Positions 47,065-56,088 of a DNA stretch of 64,000 bases are shown here, piece after piece (position 1 is the stretch's first letter; every line of letters starts with the position of its first letter). Position numbers and translations under genes: made by a program. Where the stretch lies: NCBI GenBank assembly GCA_043799545.1, contig JAZDNO010000005.1, positions 64,001-128,000 on the forward strand, written 5' to 3'. Origin of the DNA: Methanobacteriota archaeon. GTDB taxonomy: Archaea > Thermoplasmatota > Thermoplasmata > SG8-5 > DAIRED01. A model generated the notes under the pieces. That model was not told the DNA's origin, ran no database searches, and saw only the letters and a program-made list of their open reading frames with translations.

Positions 47065-48114
47065 GTGATTCAAGTATATGGCCCATGGCTATTCGACGGC
47101 GAAGAGTTCGTCGAGGGCGGAATTGCGGTCGAGGGCGGCGTCATCGTCGACGTCTGCGGCTCGCCGCCGGAGGACATCACCCGCCGAGGCATAGTTTTTC
47201 CAGCGCTGGTCAACGCCCACACCCACATCGGCGACGCCTTCATAAGGCGCGTACCCAAGGGCTCTATAGAATCCATCGTCGCGCCGCCGGACGGATACAA
47301 ATTCAAGATGCTGGCAAAGGCCTCGGAAAGGACAATCGTGAATGGCATCTACAAGGCCGCCACGGAGATGGCGGGAACAGGGACTGGGGCGTTCGTGGAC
47401 TTCAGGGAGGGCGGCCTTTCGGGGGTCAGGGCTTTGCGCGAAGCGCTGAGCGGGCGGTCTCCAAAAGCCACGGTTCTTGGCCGACCGAAAGGGATGAACT
47501 ACAATGAAGGCGAGGTCGCCTCAATCCTCAATGCCGCAGACGGCATAGGAATCTCCAGCGTCAGCGAATGGCGGAAGAGCGACCTCGAAGGAATGTCCTG
47601 CCAGGCCCGCAAGGCGCGCAAGCTGTTTGCGATTCATGCGAGCGAAAGGGTCCGTGAGCCTTTCGAACGGGTCGCAACGCTCGAACCGGATTTCGTCGTC
47701 CACATGCTCAAGGCCAGCCAAAAGGATTTGAAGGATTGCGCCAAAGCCGGAATTCCTGCCGTGGTTTGCCCGCGCAGCAACGCCTTCTTCGGGATGAAGC
47801 CATCCGTTCGGAAGATGCTCGACGCCGGGATAGACGTCGCACTGGGGACGGACAACGCGATGCTGGCAAGGCCCGACATGCTCGCTGAAGCGAGGTTCCT
47901 CGCCAGGACGCAGCGGGACCTCGGTCCGATCGAGATTGCGCGCATTGCGATTTCGGCCCCGAGGAAAGTTTTAAATCTGGAACCTGGGTTAAGGTTGAAG
48001 AGGGGAAATCCCGCCGAATTCGCAGTGCTGGCCGCGGGGCGGGGCGACCCGGCGAGGGCTTTTCTGGCGCCCGGAAAACTCCCGCTCATCGTGCGCGGCG
48101 CGAGTGTGAGGTGA
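47065..48114 (+). CDS. amidohydrolase family protein
   Basis: NAHTHIGD, IHASE, VVHM, VCPRSN, LGTDN. Confidence 0.9.
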   Translation: MIQVYGPWLFDGEEFVEGGIAVEGGVIVDVCGSPPEDITRRGIVFPALVNAHTHIGDAFIRRVPKGSIESIVAPPDGYKFKMLAKASERTIVNGIYKAATEMAGTGTGAFVDFREGGLSGVRALREALSGRSPKATVLGRPKGMNYNEGEVASILNAADGIGISSVSEWRKSDLEGMSCQARKARKLFAIHASERVREPFERVATLEPDFVVHMLKASQKDLKDCAKAGIPAVVCPRSNAFFGMKPSVRKMLDAGIDVALGTDNAMLARPDMLAEARFLARTQRDLGPIEIARIAISAPRKVLNLEPGLRLKRGNPAEFAVLAAGRGDPARAFLAPGKLPLIVRGASVR

Positions 48115-48118
48115 GAAC

Positions 48119-49813
48119 GTGGAGGAGAACAAGCTGATGGCGCTGGCCAAGCGCAGGGGTTTTTTCTACCCGGCATTCGAGATATACGGCGGCGTGGCCG
48201 GGATGTACGACTACGGGCCTCTCGGCGCCTTGCTGAAGCGGAACGTTGCCGACCACTGGCGCAGCCTCTACATCCTGGGCGAGGGTTGCGGCGAGATAGA
48301 TTCTCCGAACGTCTCGCCTGAGGCGGTATTCGTGGCATCCGGCCACGTGGCAGAATTCTCCGACTTCGGGGTCCAGTGCGACGGGTGCAAGGAATCCTTC
48401 AGAGCCGACCATCTGCTAGAAGGCCTGGTGCCGAACCCGGATTCGCTCGATGCGGAGGCACTTTTCGCAGGGCTCCGCGCGCACGGTGTGAAATGCCCCT
48501 CCTGCGGGGGATCGCTCGGCGAACCGCAGTCGTTCAACCTAATGTTCCAGACAAAAATCGGACCTGGAGATGGAAGGGCTGGCTACCTAAGGCCCGAGAC
48601 GGCCCAGGCGATGTTCTTCAATTTCGGGACGCTCTACCGCCACTTCAGAGAGGCGCTGCCGTTCGGAGTCGTGCAGGTTGGCAAGGGTTTCAGGAACGAG
48701 ATATCCCCCAGGCAGGGCATGATACGCCTGCGCGAGTTCAATATGATGGAGGCGGAGATATTTGTCAGACCAGATGACAAATCATGGCCCCGCTTCGACG
48801 ACGTAAAGGGCGACGTTCTCCGCCTGGTCCCCCAAAGCGGCCAAGAGATTTCAGTCACCGCAGCGGAAGCCGCTGAGAGGGGGGTAATCAAGAACGAGGC
48901 ATTGACATACTTCGTCGCCCTGACGAGGCGATTCCTTCTGGACGTAGGCGTGGACGACAAGCGCCTCAGGTTCAGGCAGCACCTCAGCGAAGAGATGGCT
49001 CACTACGCCTCCGATTGCTGGGACGCCGAAATCGAGCTCTCCATCGGTTGGACCGAGGCGGTCGGCATTGCAGACCGGGGCAGCTACGACCTGGAGCAGC
49101 ACATAAAGCATTCCGGCGCCGACCTGAGGGCGTTCGAGCGCTTCGACCAGCCCGTCGAGACCGAGCGCGATTCGCTCGTTCCGGTCTCCGCAAAGCTCGG
49201 TCCGCTTTTTAAAAAGCGCGCGGCCGAGGTCAAGGAGGCGCTCGCAACGGCAGAGCCATCGGCTATCCAGCCTGACGGCTCGGCAAGACTGAACCTCGGC
49301 GGAGACGCAGTCACGGTTCCGGCGGACTGCTTCGAGCTCAAGGGGGTCAAGGAGAAGGTCCACGGCCGCAGGTTCGTGCCGCACGTCATCGAGCCGTCAT
49401 ATGGCCTGGACCGCATCCTGTATTCTGTGCTGGAGCACGCATTCTTCGAGAAGGACGATTACGCAGTGTTGAGGCTGAAGGCGAAGGTTGCGCCTGTGAA
49501 GTTCGGTGTCTTTCCCCTGATGACCAGGGACGGTCTCGATGCGGAGGCTAGAAAAATCGACGCCACGCTGCGCGCGCAGGGCATGGTCACGTATTACGAC
49601 GACGGCGGCTCGATCGGGCGCCGCTACGCGAGGATGGACGAAATCGGGACGCCGTTCTGCATTACATTCGATTACGATTCTTTCCAGGACAAGGCCGTCA
49701 CCATCCGGGACAGGGACTCGCAGAAGCAGGCCAGGGTCCCCATAGTTTCTCTGGGCCGGGTTGCGCAGGACCTCCTAGAAAGGGGGCCGGACACCCTACA
49801 TGGCTGGAAATGA
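48119..49813 (+). CDS. glyS: glycyl-tRNA synthetase
   Basis: RRGFFYPAFEIYGG, YLRPETAQ, FRNEISPRQG, IEPSYGLDR, anticodon domain IGRRYARMDEIGTP. Confidence 0.97.
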   Translation: MEENKLMALAKRRGFFYPAFEIYGGVAGMYDYGPLGALLKRNVADHWRSLYILGEGCGEIDSPNVSPEAVFVASGHVAEFSDFGVQCDGCKESFRADHLLEGLVPNPDSLDAEALFAGLRAHGVKCPSCGGSLGEPQSFNLMFQTKIGPGDGRAGYLRPETAQAMFFNFGTLYRHFREALPFGVVQVGKGFRNEISPRQGMIRLREFNMMEAEIFVRPDDKSWPRFDDVKGDVLRLVPQSGQEISVTAAEAAERGVIKNEALTYFVALTRRFLLDVGVDDKRLRFRQHLSEEMAHYASDCWDAEIELSIGWTEAVGIADRGSYDLEQHIKHSGADLRAFERFDQPVETERDSLVPVSAKLGPLFKKRAAEVKEALATAEPSAIQPDGSARLNLGGDAVTVPADCFELKGVKEKVHGRRFVPHVIEPSYGLDRILYSVLEHAFFEKDDYAVLRLKAKVAPVKFGVFPLMTRDGLDAEARKIDATLRAQGMVTYYDDGGSIGRRYARMDEIGTPFCITFDYDSFQDKAVTIRDRDSQKQARVPIVSLGRVAQDLLERGPDTLHGWK

Positions 49814-50573
49814 ATCCGTAGAAGATTATCCGTACCGGGCGGAAGCGCACAGGATGGGTATCGCCATTTCCAAGGCGTGCGAGACGGCAACGGGTGGTCG
49901 CGATAAAGTCGCCGTGGCATTTTCCGGCGGGCTCGACAGCGCCCTTCTGGCGTTCATATGCGCGAATCACACCGAAGTTAAGCTCTATGTCGCCGGAAAG
50001 CCCGGATGCCACGATTTCAGGGCCGCGGAGAGCGCGGCGCGGGCGCTCTCCCTACCGCTTGCCAGGATTGAAATCGAACGGGGCGGTTTGCAGGCCGTCG
50101 CCGAGCGGGTCGCTTCGGCGGTTGATAATCCCGCCCCAATCGAAATCGCCGTCGCGGTGCCTCTCGCATACGTTTGCGGCGCGGCGGTCGAAAGCGCGGT
50201 CGTGACCGGGACAGGCGCGGACGAGCTTTTCGGCGGGTATGCAAGGTATTCAAGGATGCCCTCCGGGGAGCGGCTCGGCGCCATGCGGTGTGATTACGGA
50301 AGATTAAAGGTTCGAGGGGTCGCGACAGAGGCTAATCTTGCTTCGTCGTATGGGAAAGTGGCGATCCAGCCTTACATGGACCCGGTGGTGGAGCTAGCAT
50401 TTCGGGAGGTCGGCATCGGCGCCCATTTCTGGAACGGCCGCCCGAAGGCGTTGCTCAGGTACGCGGCGGTTTCCTGCGGGCTACCGATGGAGCTGGCCAT
50501 GCGTCCGAAGAAGGCCGCGCAATACGGCAGCGGAGTGGCACGGATGCTGTCCAAGGCGCGCGGCAATTCATGA
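49800..50573 (+). CDS. asparagine-synthase-like adenylation domain only
   Basis: FSGGLDS PP-loop, TGTGADELFGGY, RPKKAAQYGSG; no N-terminal Cys glutaminase domain. Confidence 0.8.
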   Translation: MAGNESVEDYPYRAEAHRMGIAISKACETATGGRDKVAVAFSGGLDSALLAFICANHTEVKLYVAGKPGCHDFRAAESAARALSLPLARIEIERGGLQAVAERVASAVDNPAPIEIAVAVPLAYVCGAAVESAVVTGTGADELFGGYARYSRMPSGERLGAMRCDYGRLKVRGVATEANLASSYGKVAIQPYMDPVVELAFREVGIGAHFWNGRPKALLRYAAVSCGLPMELAMRPKKAAQYGSGVARMLSKARGNS

Positions 50574-50631
50574 TGATTCTCTCATGCGGAAAGAATATTA
50601 AAGAGCGAGACGTTATCTTGAACACAAGGAA

Positions 50632-51453
50632 TTGGCCATGGAATTGAAGCGGATAAAGCGCAAGGCCCTTCTTCTCGGGGACGGGGCCGTTGGGAAGACC
50701 AGCCTAATTCGCAAGTTCGTCACTGACAAGTTCGATGACAAGTACATCACCACCATCGGCACGAAGATAACCAAGAAGGAGATGGCCTTCAAGGAGCTGA
50801 ACGTTGAGCTGACTCTGATGATGTGGGACGTTCTAGGCCAGAAAGGGTACACTTCGATCCAGTCATCCAGCTACCGCGGGGCGGAGGGGGCGATAATGGT
50901 GTGCGACCTGACACGCGCTGAGACCTTGCGCAGCCTGGAAGAGTACTGGATGCCGGAACTCGCGAAGGTCGTCGGCGACGTTCCGCTGGTATTCGTGGGG
51001 AACAAGGTCGACCTAATCGAGCAGAGGCAGGTCGAGGAGGACGAACTGGCTGCCTTCGCTGGACGCCATTCGGCACCGTTTTACATGAGCAGCGCCCGCA
51101 CGGGCGAACGCGTCGAGGACCTCTTCAAAAAGCTCGGCGAACTTGTTCTAGCTGACAGGATGGATGTGAGCGTCGAGGGTGGAGACATAAAGGAAATAAA
51201 GACAATTGTGGACGCCACGGATTTCGTGATAATGGATTTCTGCAAGTCTTACGCCGACCAGGAGACAGCCATGGCCATCGTCCGAACCCAGTTCGCGAAG
51301 GCGGAACTGGACGTCAAGGCTCCGACCAGGCAGGGCTTGCTGAAGGCTATCGATTTGCTGGCGGAAGCGGAAAAAGGGTTCAAGGACGAGCCCGCCATTT
51401 TTCAGAACCGCATGCGCCGCAGACAGACCGTAGACCACGCAGGGGGCCATTGA
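50632..51453 (+). CDS. Rab/Ras-like small GTPase with C-terminal helical domain
   Basis: GDGAVGKT, YITTIG, WDVLGQ, SYRGAEGA, NKVD, SARTG, plus a tail paralogous to 38286..39104. Confidence 0.9.
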   Translation: MAMELKRIKRKALLLGDGAVGKTSLIRKFVTDKFDDKYITTIGTKITKKEMAFKELNVELTLMMWDVLGQKGYTSIQSSSYRGAEGAIMVCDLTRAETLRSLEEYWMPELAKVVGDVPLVFVGNKVDLIEQRQVEEDELAAFAGRHSAPFYMSSARTGERVEDLFKKLGELVLADRMDVSVEGGDIKEIKTIVDATDFVIMDFCKSYADQETAMAIVRTQFAKAELDVKAPTRQGLLKAIDLLAEAEKGFKDEPAIFQNRMRRRQTVDHAGGH

Positions 51454-51996
51454 ATGACAGGCAGGAAGATAATGAAGAAGATTTGCCTTCTGGGCGACGG
51501 CGCCGTCGGGAAGACCACGCTCATCAAGAAGTTCGTGTACGACAAGTTCGACGACAAATACATCATGACCTTCGGGACAAAGGTGACGAAGAAGGGCGTG
51601 TGTCTGACCACCGGCGGTGTCGATTTCGACCTCACCATGATGATTTGGGACATCCTCGGCCAGCGCGTTCACGATGCCCTCCACGCGACATATTACCAGG
51701 GCGCCGCTGGGGCGCTGCTGGTCTGCGACGTGACGCGCCGCGAGACCCTGGCAGGGCTTGAGGAGTGGGCCCGTGTGTTCAGGGGCGTCTGCCCCGAGGC
51801 GCCGATAATATTCCTCGGGAACAAGTCCGACCTGAAGGAGCAGATCCAGGTGACCGAGGCGGACCTGGGCGCGCTGGCGTCCAAATATGGCACAATACAT
51901 TTCATGACGAGCGCAAAGACGGGCGACCACGTCGAGGAGTCGTTCCTGCGGCTCGGCAACCTGATTGCCGAGAGCATGCTCCGAAGGGAGGTGTAG
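51454..51996 (+). CDS. Rab/Ras-like small GTPase (single domain)
   Basis: GDGAVGKT, YIMTFG, WDILGQ, YYQGAAGA, NKSD, SAKTG; starts immediately after the previous stop. Confidence 0.9.
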   Translation: MTGRKIMKKICLLGDGAVGKTTLIKKFVYDKFDDKYIMTFGTKVTKKGVCLTTGGVDFDLTMMIWDILGQRVHDALHATYYQGAAGALLVCDVTRRETLAGLEEWARVFRGVCPEAPIIFLGNKSDLKEQIQVTEADLGALASKYGTIHFMTSAKTGDHVEESFLRLGNLIAESMLRREV

Positions 51997-52026
51997 GAGC
52001 TGCCGGACCAGATAAGCTTCTTCGTT

Positions 52027-52983
52027 ATGTCCGGCGAGGCGCTCAAGAGCCTCGGGGACGAGCTGCAGATATTGGCGGGCGAAACGTCCGCAAGGGAGAC
52101 TATCGAACGGTACGGATTCAGGTGCGGGGAGGGCCTGGCGCAGAAGCTCGGCCTTGGCATAGTGAACTCGGTCGAACTCCGAGACCTCATTCCTGACCTG
52201 CTGATCGAGACTGGCCTGGGTCGGTCGCGCGCCGTGGACGTTTCAGAAGACAGGGTCGTCATAGATTTCGAGGACTCGGTCGAGGCCGGGGCGGTGGGAA
52301 AAGTAGCGGTGCCCTCATGCAGGTTCACCAGCGGATACCTTTCAGGGCTGCTGTCCTCGTTGTTAGACAGGCGCTTCGAAGGCACGGAGGAGACTTGTAT
52401 AGCTGCCGGAGAGTCTTCATGCAGGCACGTTTTCACGCCTTCGAAGGCGGTTTTCAAACCCGCCAACGAGGCCCCCGTAGCGAGCGAATGCAAGTATTGT
52501 TTGAACGAGGCCACCGGGTACCTCGTCAAGGAGGAGACGGGGGAGAAGAGCTACGATGTGTTCACGGAGAATGTCACCCACGGCCACCAGGGGCTCTGCA
52601 TCACGAGGGATTTTCCGACGAAGATAAGGAAGAGGTACGGGCTGGAGAGGACCCCGATAATATGGCTGTCGACGGCCGAGACGACGGAGGCGACGGTCGC
52701 CCCGCAGAACCTTTCCGCGCTCTACTACCAGATAGAGAGTTTCCTGAAGAAGAGCGAAAAAGGAATAGTTCTATTGTCGGGCATGGAATACATGATTTCG
52801 CAGAACTCCTATCAGAGCGTCCTTAAGTTCATACAGCTCCTAAACGAGCTCATAGCGGTGAGGGGCGCAATCCTGCTCGTGTCCCTGAGCCCCCTGACTC
52901 TCGACGAGAAGGACCTCAAGACCCTGGAGAGGGAGCTGGAGGCTTTCGTCCCCAACCAAAAGGTAGTCAACATGATGGAGTGA
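52027..52983 (+). CDS. V4R domain plus DUF835 domain protein
   Basis: V4R: GLGR...PSCRFTSGYLSG...EETCIAAGESSCRHVF. DUF835: YLVKEE, GLCITR, IIWLS, LLSGMEYMI..N, LERELE. Confidence 0.85.
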   Translation: MSGEALKSLGDELQILAGETSARETIERYGFRCGEGLAQKLGLGIVNSVELRDLIPDLLIETGLGRSRAVDVSEDRVVIDFEDSVEAGAVGKVAVPSCRFTSGYLSGLLSSLLDRRFEGTEETCIAAGESSCRHVFTPSKAVFKPANEAPVASECKYCLNEATGYLVKEETGEKSYDVFTENVTHGHQGLCITRDFPTKIRKRYGLERTPIIWLSTAETTEATVAPQNLSALYYQIESFLKKSEKGIVLLSGMEYMISQNSYQSVLKFIQLLNELIAVRGAILLVSLSPLTLDEKDLKTLERELEAFVPNQKVVNMME

Positions 52984-53048
52984 GGCGGCTCACAAAGAGT
53001 TTCGGAAGGAATGAAGGCTCGCTGGGTTGGCAATGCGAGTGCGCGCAA

Positions 53049-53315
53049 TCAAACCGCTATCGTGTCGTAAATGTCCTTTGCGGCCTTCTCAGCTATCGCA
53101 GATTCCACAGTTTTAACAAGAATCCTGCCGCTCGAATAAAGCGTGGCCTCGACGCCCTCCTTCTCGACGACGCACATGATTCCGGCGTCGGCGACCTCCC
53201 GCCAGGATTTGGCCTTGAGGGATGACAGCGCCTTTCCGATGTCGACCTTCACCAGCGCCTGAGGTATGGCATCGTACGCCTCAGCCGAGCAGCATTTGAC
53301 GACCGCGAAGTTCAT
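53049..53315 (-). CDS. small alpha/beta hypothetical protein with N-terminal CC
   Basis: Start overlaps the ThiI-like stop; VEATLYSSGRILVK resembles TBP-like / ThiF C-terminal modules. Confidence 0.65.
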   Translation of the reverse strand: MNFAVVKCCSAEAYDAIPQALVKVDIGKALSSLKAKSWREVADAGIMCVVEKEGVEATLYSSGRILVKTVESAIAEKAAKDIYDTIAV

Positions 53316-53944
53316 CAGGCCAGCCTCCTCATGCCGGCCATCTCGGCCTCCACTATCGCGGCGACGTCGAGCTTCCTCTCCTCTGCAAGTATTCTGGTCA
53401 ACGACGCCGCCGTCGCTGGCTTTTCCGGAACGATTGTGCAGCAGAGCCCGGGCGCGGTCGACACCTCGAACGTGCCGAGCTTGCGGGCGCGTTCCACGAC
53501 TTCCGACTTGTCCAGCCCTATGAGCGGCCTCAACACCGGCAAGGCCGTCGCCCCGTCCTCCGCCATTATGTTCTTGAGCGTCTGGGAAGCGACCTGTCCG
53601 AGAGATTCGCCGGTCACGACGAAGTCAGCCCCGACCTTGCGGGCCAGGGCATCGGCGGTGCGGAGCATGAACCTCCTGCAGAGGACGCAGTGAAAATGCC
53701 GGTCGCAATTCTTTGCCACCATGGCCTGAGCCGCCAGGCCGTGCGGCGCCGCGTAGGCTTCCAGCTCGCGCCCGGCCAAGTCCCTGAGCATCTTCACGAG
53801 GCCGAGGAGCTTCCCGTATTCCCTGTCATCCGTGAACGGCCTGTTGTCCATGTGCAGGAGTGCCAGGTCGAGCCCGCGCTCCAGCATCATGGCTCCTGCG
53901 ATTGGCGAGTCGATGCCACCCGACAGCAGCAGGATGCCTTTCAC
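53315..53944 (-). CDS. ThiI-like PP-loop sulfurtransferase lacking THUMP domain
   Basis: LLSGGIDSP at residue 5, HCVLCRR, TGESLGQVASQT, LRPLIGLDK, GLCC. Confidence 0.85.
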   Translation of the reverse strand: MKGILLLSGGIDSPIAGAMMLERGLDLALLHMDNRPFTDDREYGKLLGLVKMLRDLAGRELEAYAAPHGLAAQAMVAKNCDRHFHCVLCRRFMLRTADALARKVGADFVVTGESLGQVASQTLKNIMAEDGATALPVLRPLIGLDKSEVVERARKLGTFEVSTAPGLCCTIVPEKPATAASLTRILAEERKLDVAAIVEAEMAGMRRLA

Positions 53945-53945
53945 G

Positions 53946-54152
53946 CTACCCTCCCGAAAAAACTTCGACGACCTCGATTACATCGTCGTGCGAAAGCTTC
54001 TCGTCCGACGGTATCGGCCTGCCCTCGCGCAGCACGAGATGGTGGGTCAGGGCCAGCTCCAGCGACTTGAGAGCGTCCGACGCGCATGAACCCTTGGGCA
54101 ACCGCACGCGGCGCTCTATCATGGACGTTTTGACAGTTATCTGCATCGCCAT
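53946..54152 (-). CDS. ThiS/MoaD/SAMP ubiquitin-like sulfur carrier
   Basis: 68 aa, beta-grasp pattern, C-terminal VFSGG. Confidence 0.88.
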   Translation of the reverse strand: MAMQITVKTSMIERRVRLPKGSCASDALKSLELALTHHLVLREGRPIPSDEKLSHDDVIEVVEVFSGG

Positions 54153-54333
54153 CCAATCCGCGCCCGGATATTTAATCTTTCCAGCGGATTGTCCGATATT
54201 GGCATCGATTTTAGAGTCTTTTCATCGGCTCACCATGGGGGCTCCTTGGCGGATTGCTTGTGCCGTCGACGAATCGTCTCGTGCGCGGGCCTCCCCGCAA
54301 AGTTGATGCACCCGTTGGAGATGGTGGGGTCCG

Positions 54334-54810
54334 ATGAAATACGTCCTGGATTCGTCCGCGCTGCTCTCGGGTAAGCCCACGCCTCCAATCTGCGACTGTA
54401 TTGTCTCTCCATCTGTCGTGGCAGAGGTGCGCAAAGGGCGGGCCGGACGAAACCTGGATTTTCTCCTGGAAGCCGGGCTGGAGGTCAGGGAGCCAAGCGC
54501 CGAGCGTGTTAGCGCGGTGCATGCGGCGGCGATAAAAACCGGGGACTCGCTGCGAGTCTCGCCGGCGGACGTTGAAGCGCTGGCGCTGGCGTTCGAAACC
54601 GGCTGGACTCTGCTCACGGACGATTACTCGATGCAGAACCTGGCGACGGTCATGAACGTTCAATTCCAGGCAGTCTCGCAGCGGGGAATCTCGCAGGTGT
54701 GGGGATGGGTGCGCAGGTGCAGGGGCTGCAGGAAGGAGTGGCCCGAGGGAGTGGCGGAATGCCCGGACTGCGGGTCTGAAATCATCACCAAACGGAAGAA
54801 AAGTTCCTAG
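54334..54810 (+). CDS. nob1: NOB1-family PIN endonuclease
   Basis: VLDSSALL, SPADVEALALA, TDDYSMQN, CRGC/CPDCG Zn ribbon. Confidence 0.92.
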   Translation: MKYVLDSSALLSGKPTPPICDCIVSPSVVAEVRKGRAGRNLDFLLEAGLEVREPSAERVSAVHAAAIKTGDSLRVSPADVEALALAFETGWTLLTDDYSMQNLATVMNVQFQAVSQRGISQVWGWVRRCRGCRKEWPEGVAECPDCGSEIITKRKKSS

Positions 54811-55586
54811 GCGCCCTTCCTTCTCTTCCTCTGCTGGTACGAGCGTATCGCCCTTAAAAAATCGATTTTACGCAAGCCCGGCCAATAAACGTCAGTGAAG
54901 TACAGCTCCGAGTACGCCAGCTGCCAAAGCAGGAAGTTCGATATGCGCTCCTCGCCGGATGTGCGCAGAATGAGGTCGGGGTCCGGCAGGTCTGCGGTGT
55001 AAAGGTGCTGGGTGAAGAGCTTCTCGTCTATGTCCTCGGGGCTCAGCTCGCCGCTCTTGACCTTCGCCGCCACGGCCCGAAGGGCATTCAATATCTCCTC
55101 GCGCCCGCCGTATGCGACGCAAACGTTGAAGCTGTAGTTGGAATGCTCCTTGGTCTTATCCTCGGCGTAGGCGATTGCATTCTGGACCTCTTGAGGCAGC
55201 AGGTCGCGCTGGCCCAGGACGCGTATGCGAATTTTATGCTTGTGGACGCGCTCGTCGTCTCCTACCTCGCGGAAGCTCTTCTCGAAGAGGGCCATGAGCC
55301 CCTTCACCTCGCCGTCGGTCCTGGCGAAGTTCTCGGTGGAAAAAGCGTACACAGTCAGGTTCTTTATCCCGAGCTCAAGGCACCATTCCAGGAGTTCCTC
55401 CAGCTTGTTGCGCCCTTCCCTGTGCCCATCTCCATGGTCCATACCCAGCTCTTCGGCGAACCTGCGGTTTCCGTCCATTATGACCGCGACGTGGGCGGGG
55501 ACATCGTCGGCCTTCACCGCCTTCGCCAGCCGCCTCCCGTATACTCTGTAGACCCTCCATAGAATGGGGCTCTTTATGCCTGCCAC
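54807..55586 (-). CDS. uppS: cis-prenyltransferase (undecaprenyl diphosphate synthase)
   Basis: HVAVIMDGNRR, YAFSTENF, YGGREE, IRTSGEER-like ILRTSGEERISNFL. Confidence 0.96.
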   Translation of the reverse strand: MAGIKSPILWRVYRVYGRRLAKAVKADDVPAHVAVIMDGNRRFAEELGMDHGDGHREGRNKLEELLEWCLELGIKNLTVYAFSTENFARTDGEVKGLMALFEKSFREVGDDERVHKHKIRIRVLGQRDLLPQEVQNAIAYAEDKTKEHSNYSFNVCVAYGGREEILNALRAVAAKVKSGELSPEDIDEKLFTQHLYTADLPDPDLILRTSGEERISNFLLWQLAYSELYFTDVYWPGLRKIDFLRAIRSYQQRKRRKGA

Positions 55587-55633
55587 GTTTCACCCAAGGG
55601 AAGGGGGATATAAAGATTATTCGCCATGGCGTC

Positions 55634-56086
55634 TCACATCAGCTCGTCCAGAGGTACCCTTTCCCTGGAGAACTTGGTCTTGAACCTGTGCCTGGTAGTC
55701 TTAGCCGGGAAAACCCCCCTACCAAGGCCCATCTTGATTACATCCCTTTTGCTAAGCTTGCAGACGGACGATGCAGGCCAAAGGTCGAGGGTGACGCTGG
55801 TTGAGAAGTAGTCTACGAGATAGACTGGCACGCGCTTGCATCCCAGCTTCTTCAGCGCGTTGAATCTGTGGTGCCCGTTCAATATGACGAGATATTCTCT
55901 ATCGGCAACGATGGGAACTACGCTGCCGTATTCCGCGATGTCCCTCTCGCGCAGCAACAAGTTGTCTGGATTGATGGCCTCATGCTCGTGAAGGCTTTCG
56001 ACGGATACGAGCACGTACTCCTTGGGATATGGGGCCGCAATCCCGGGTTTGTTCGCTTTTATACAGTCATTCTCGTGAGCGCCCAT
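55634..56086 (-). CDS. ParB/sulfiredoxin-fold protein, resembles N-terminal part of archaeal serine kinase SerK
   Basis: LHEHE, PIVAD, ILNGHHRFNAL..LG.KRVP..LVDYFS; start 2 nt after the DUF1015 stop. Confidence 0.7.
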   Translation of the reverse strand: MGAHENDCIKANKPGIAAPYPKEYVLVSVESLHEHEAINPDNLLLRERDIAEYGSVVPIVADREYLVILNGHHRFNALKKLGCKRVPVYLVDYFSTSVTLDLWPASSVCKLSKRDVIKMGLGRGVFPAKTTRHRFKTKFSRERVPLDELM

Positions 56087-56088
56087 GG

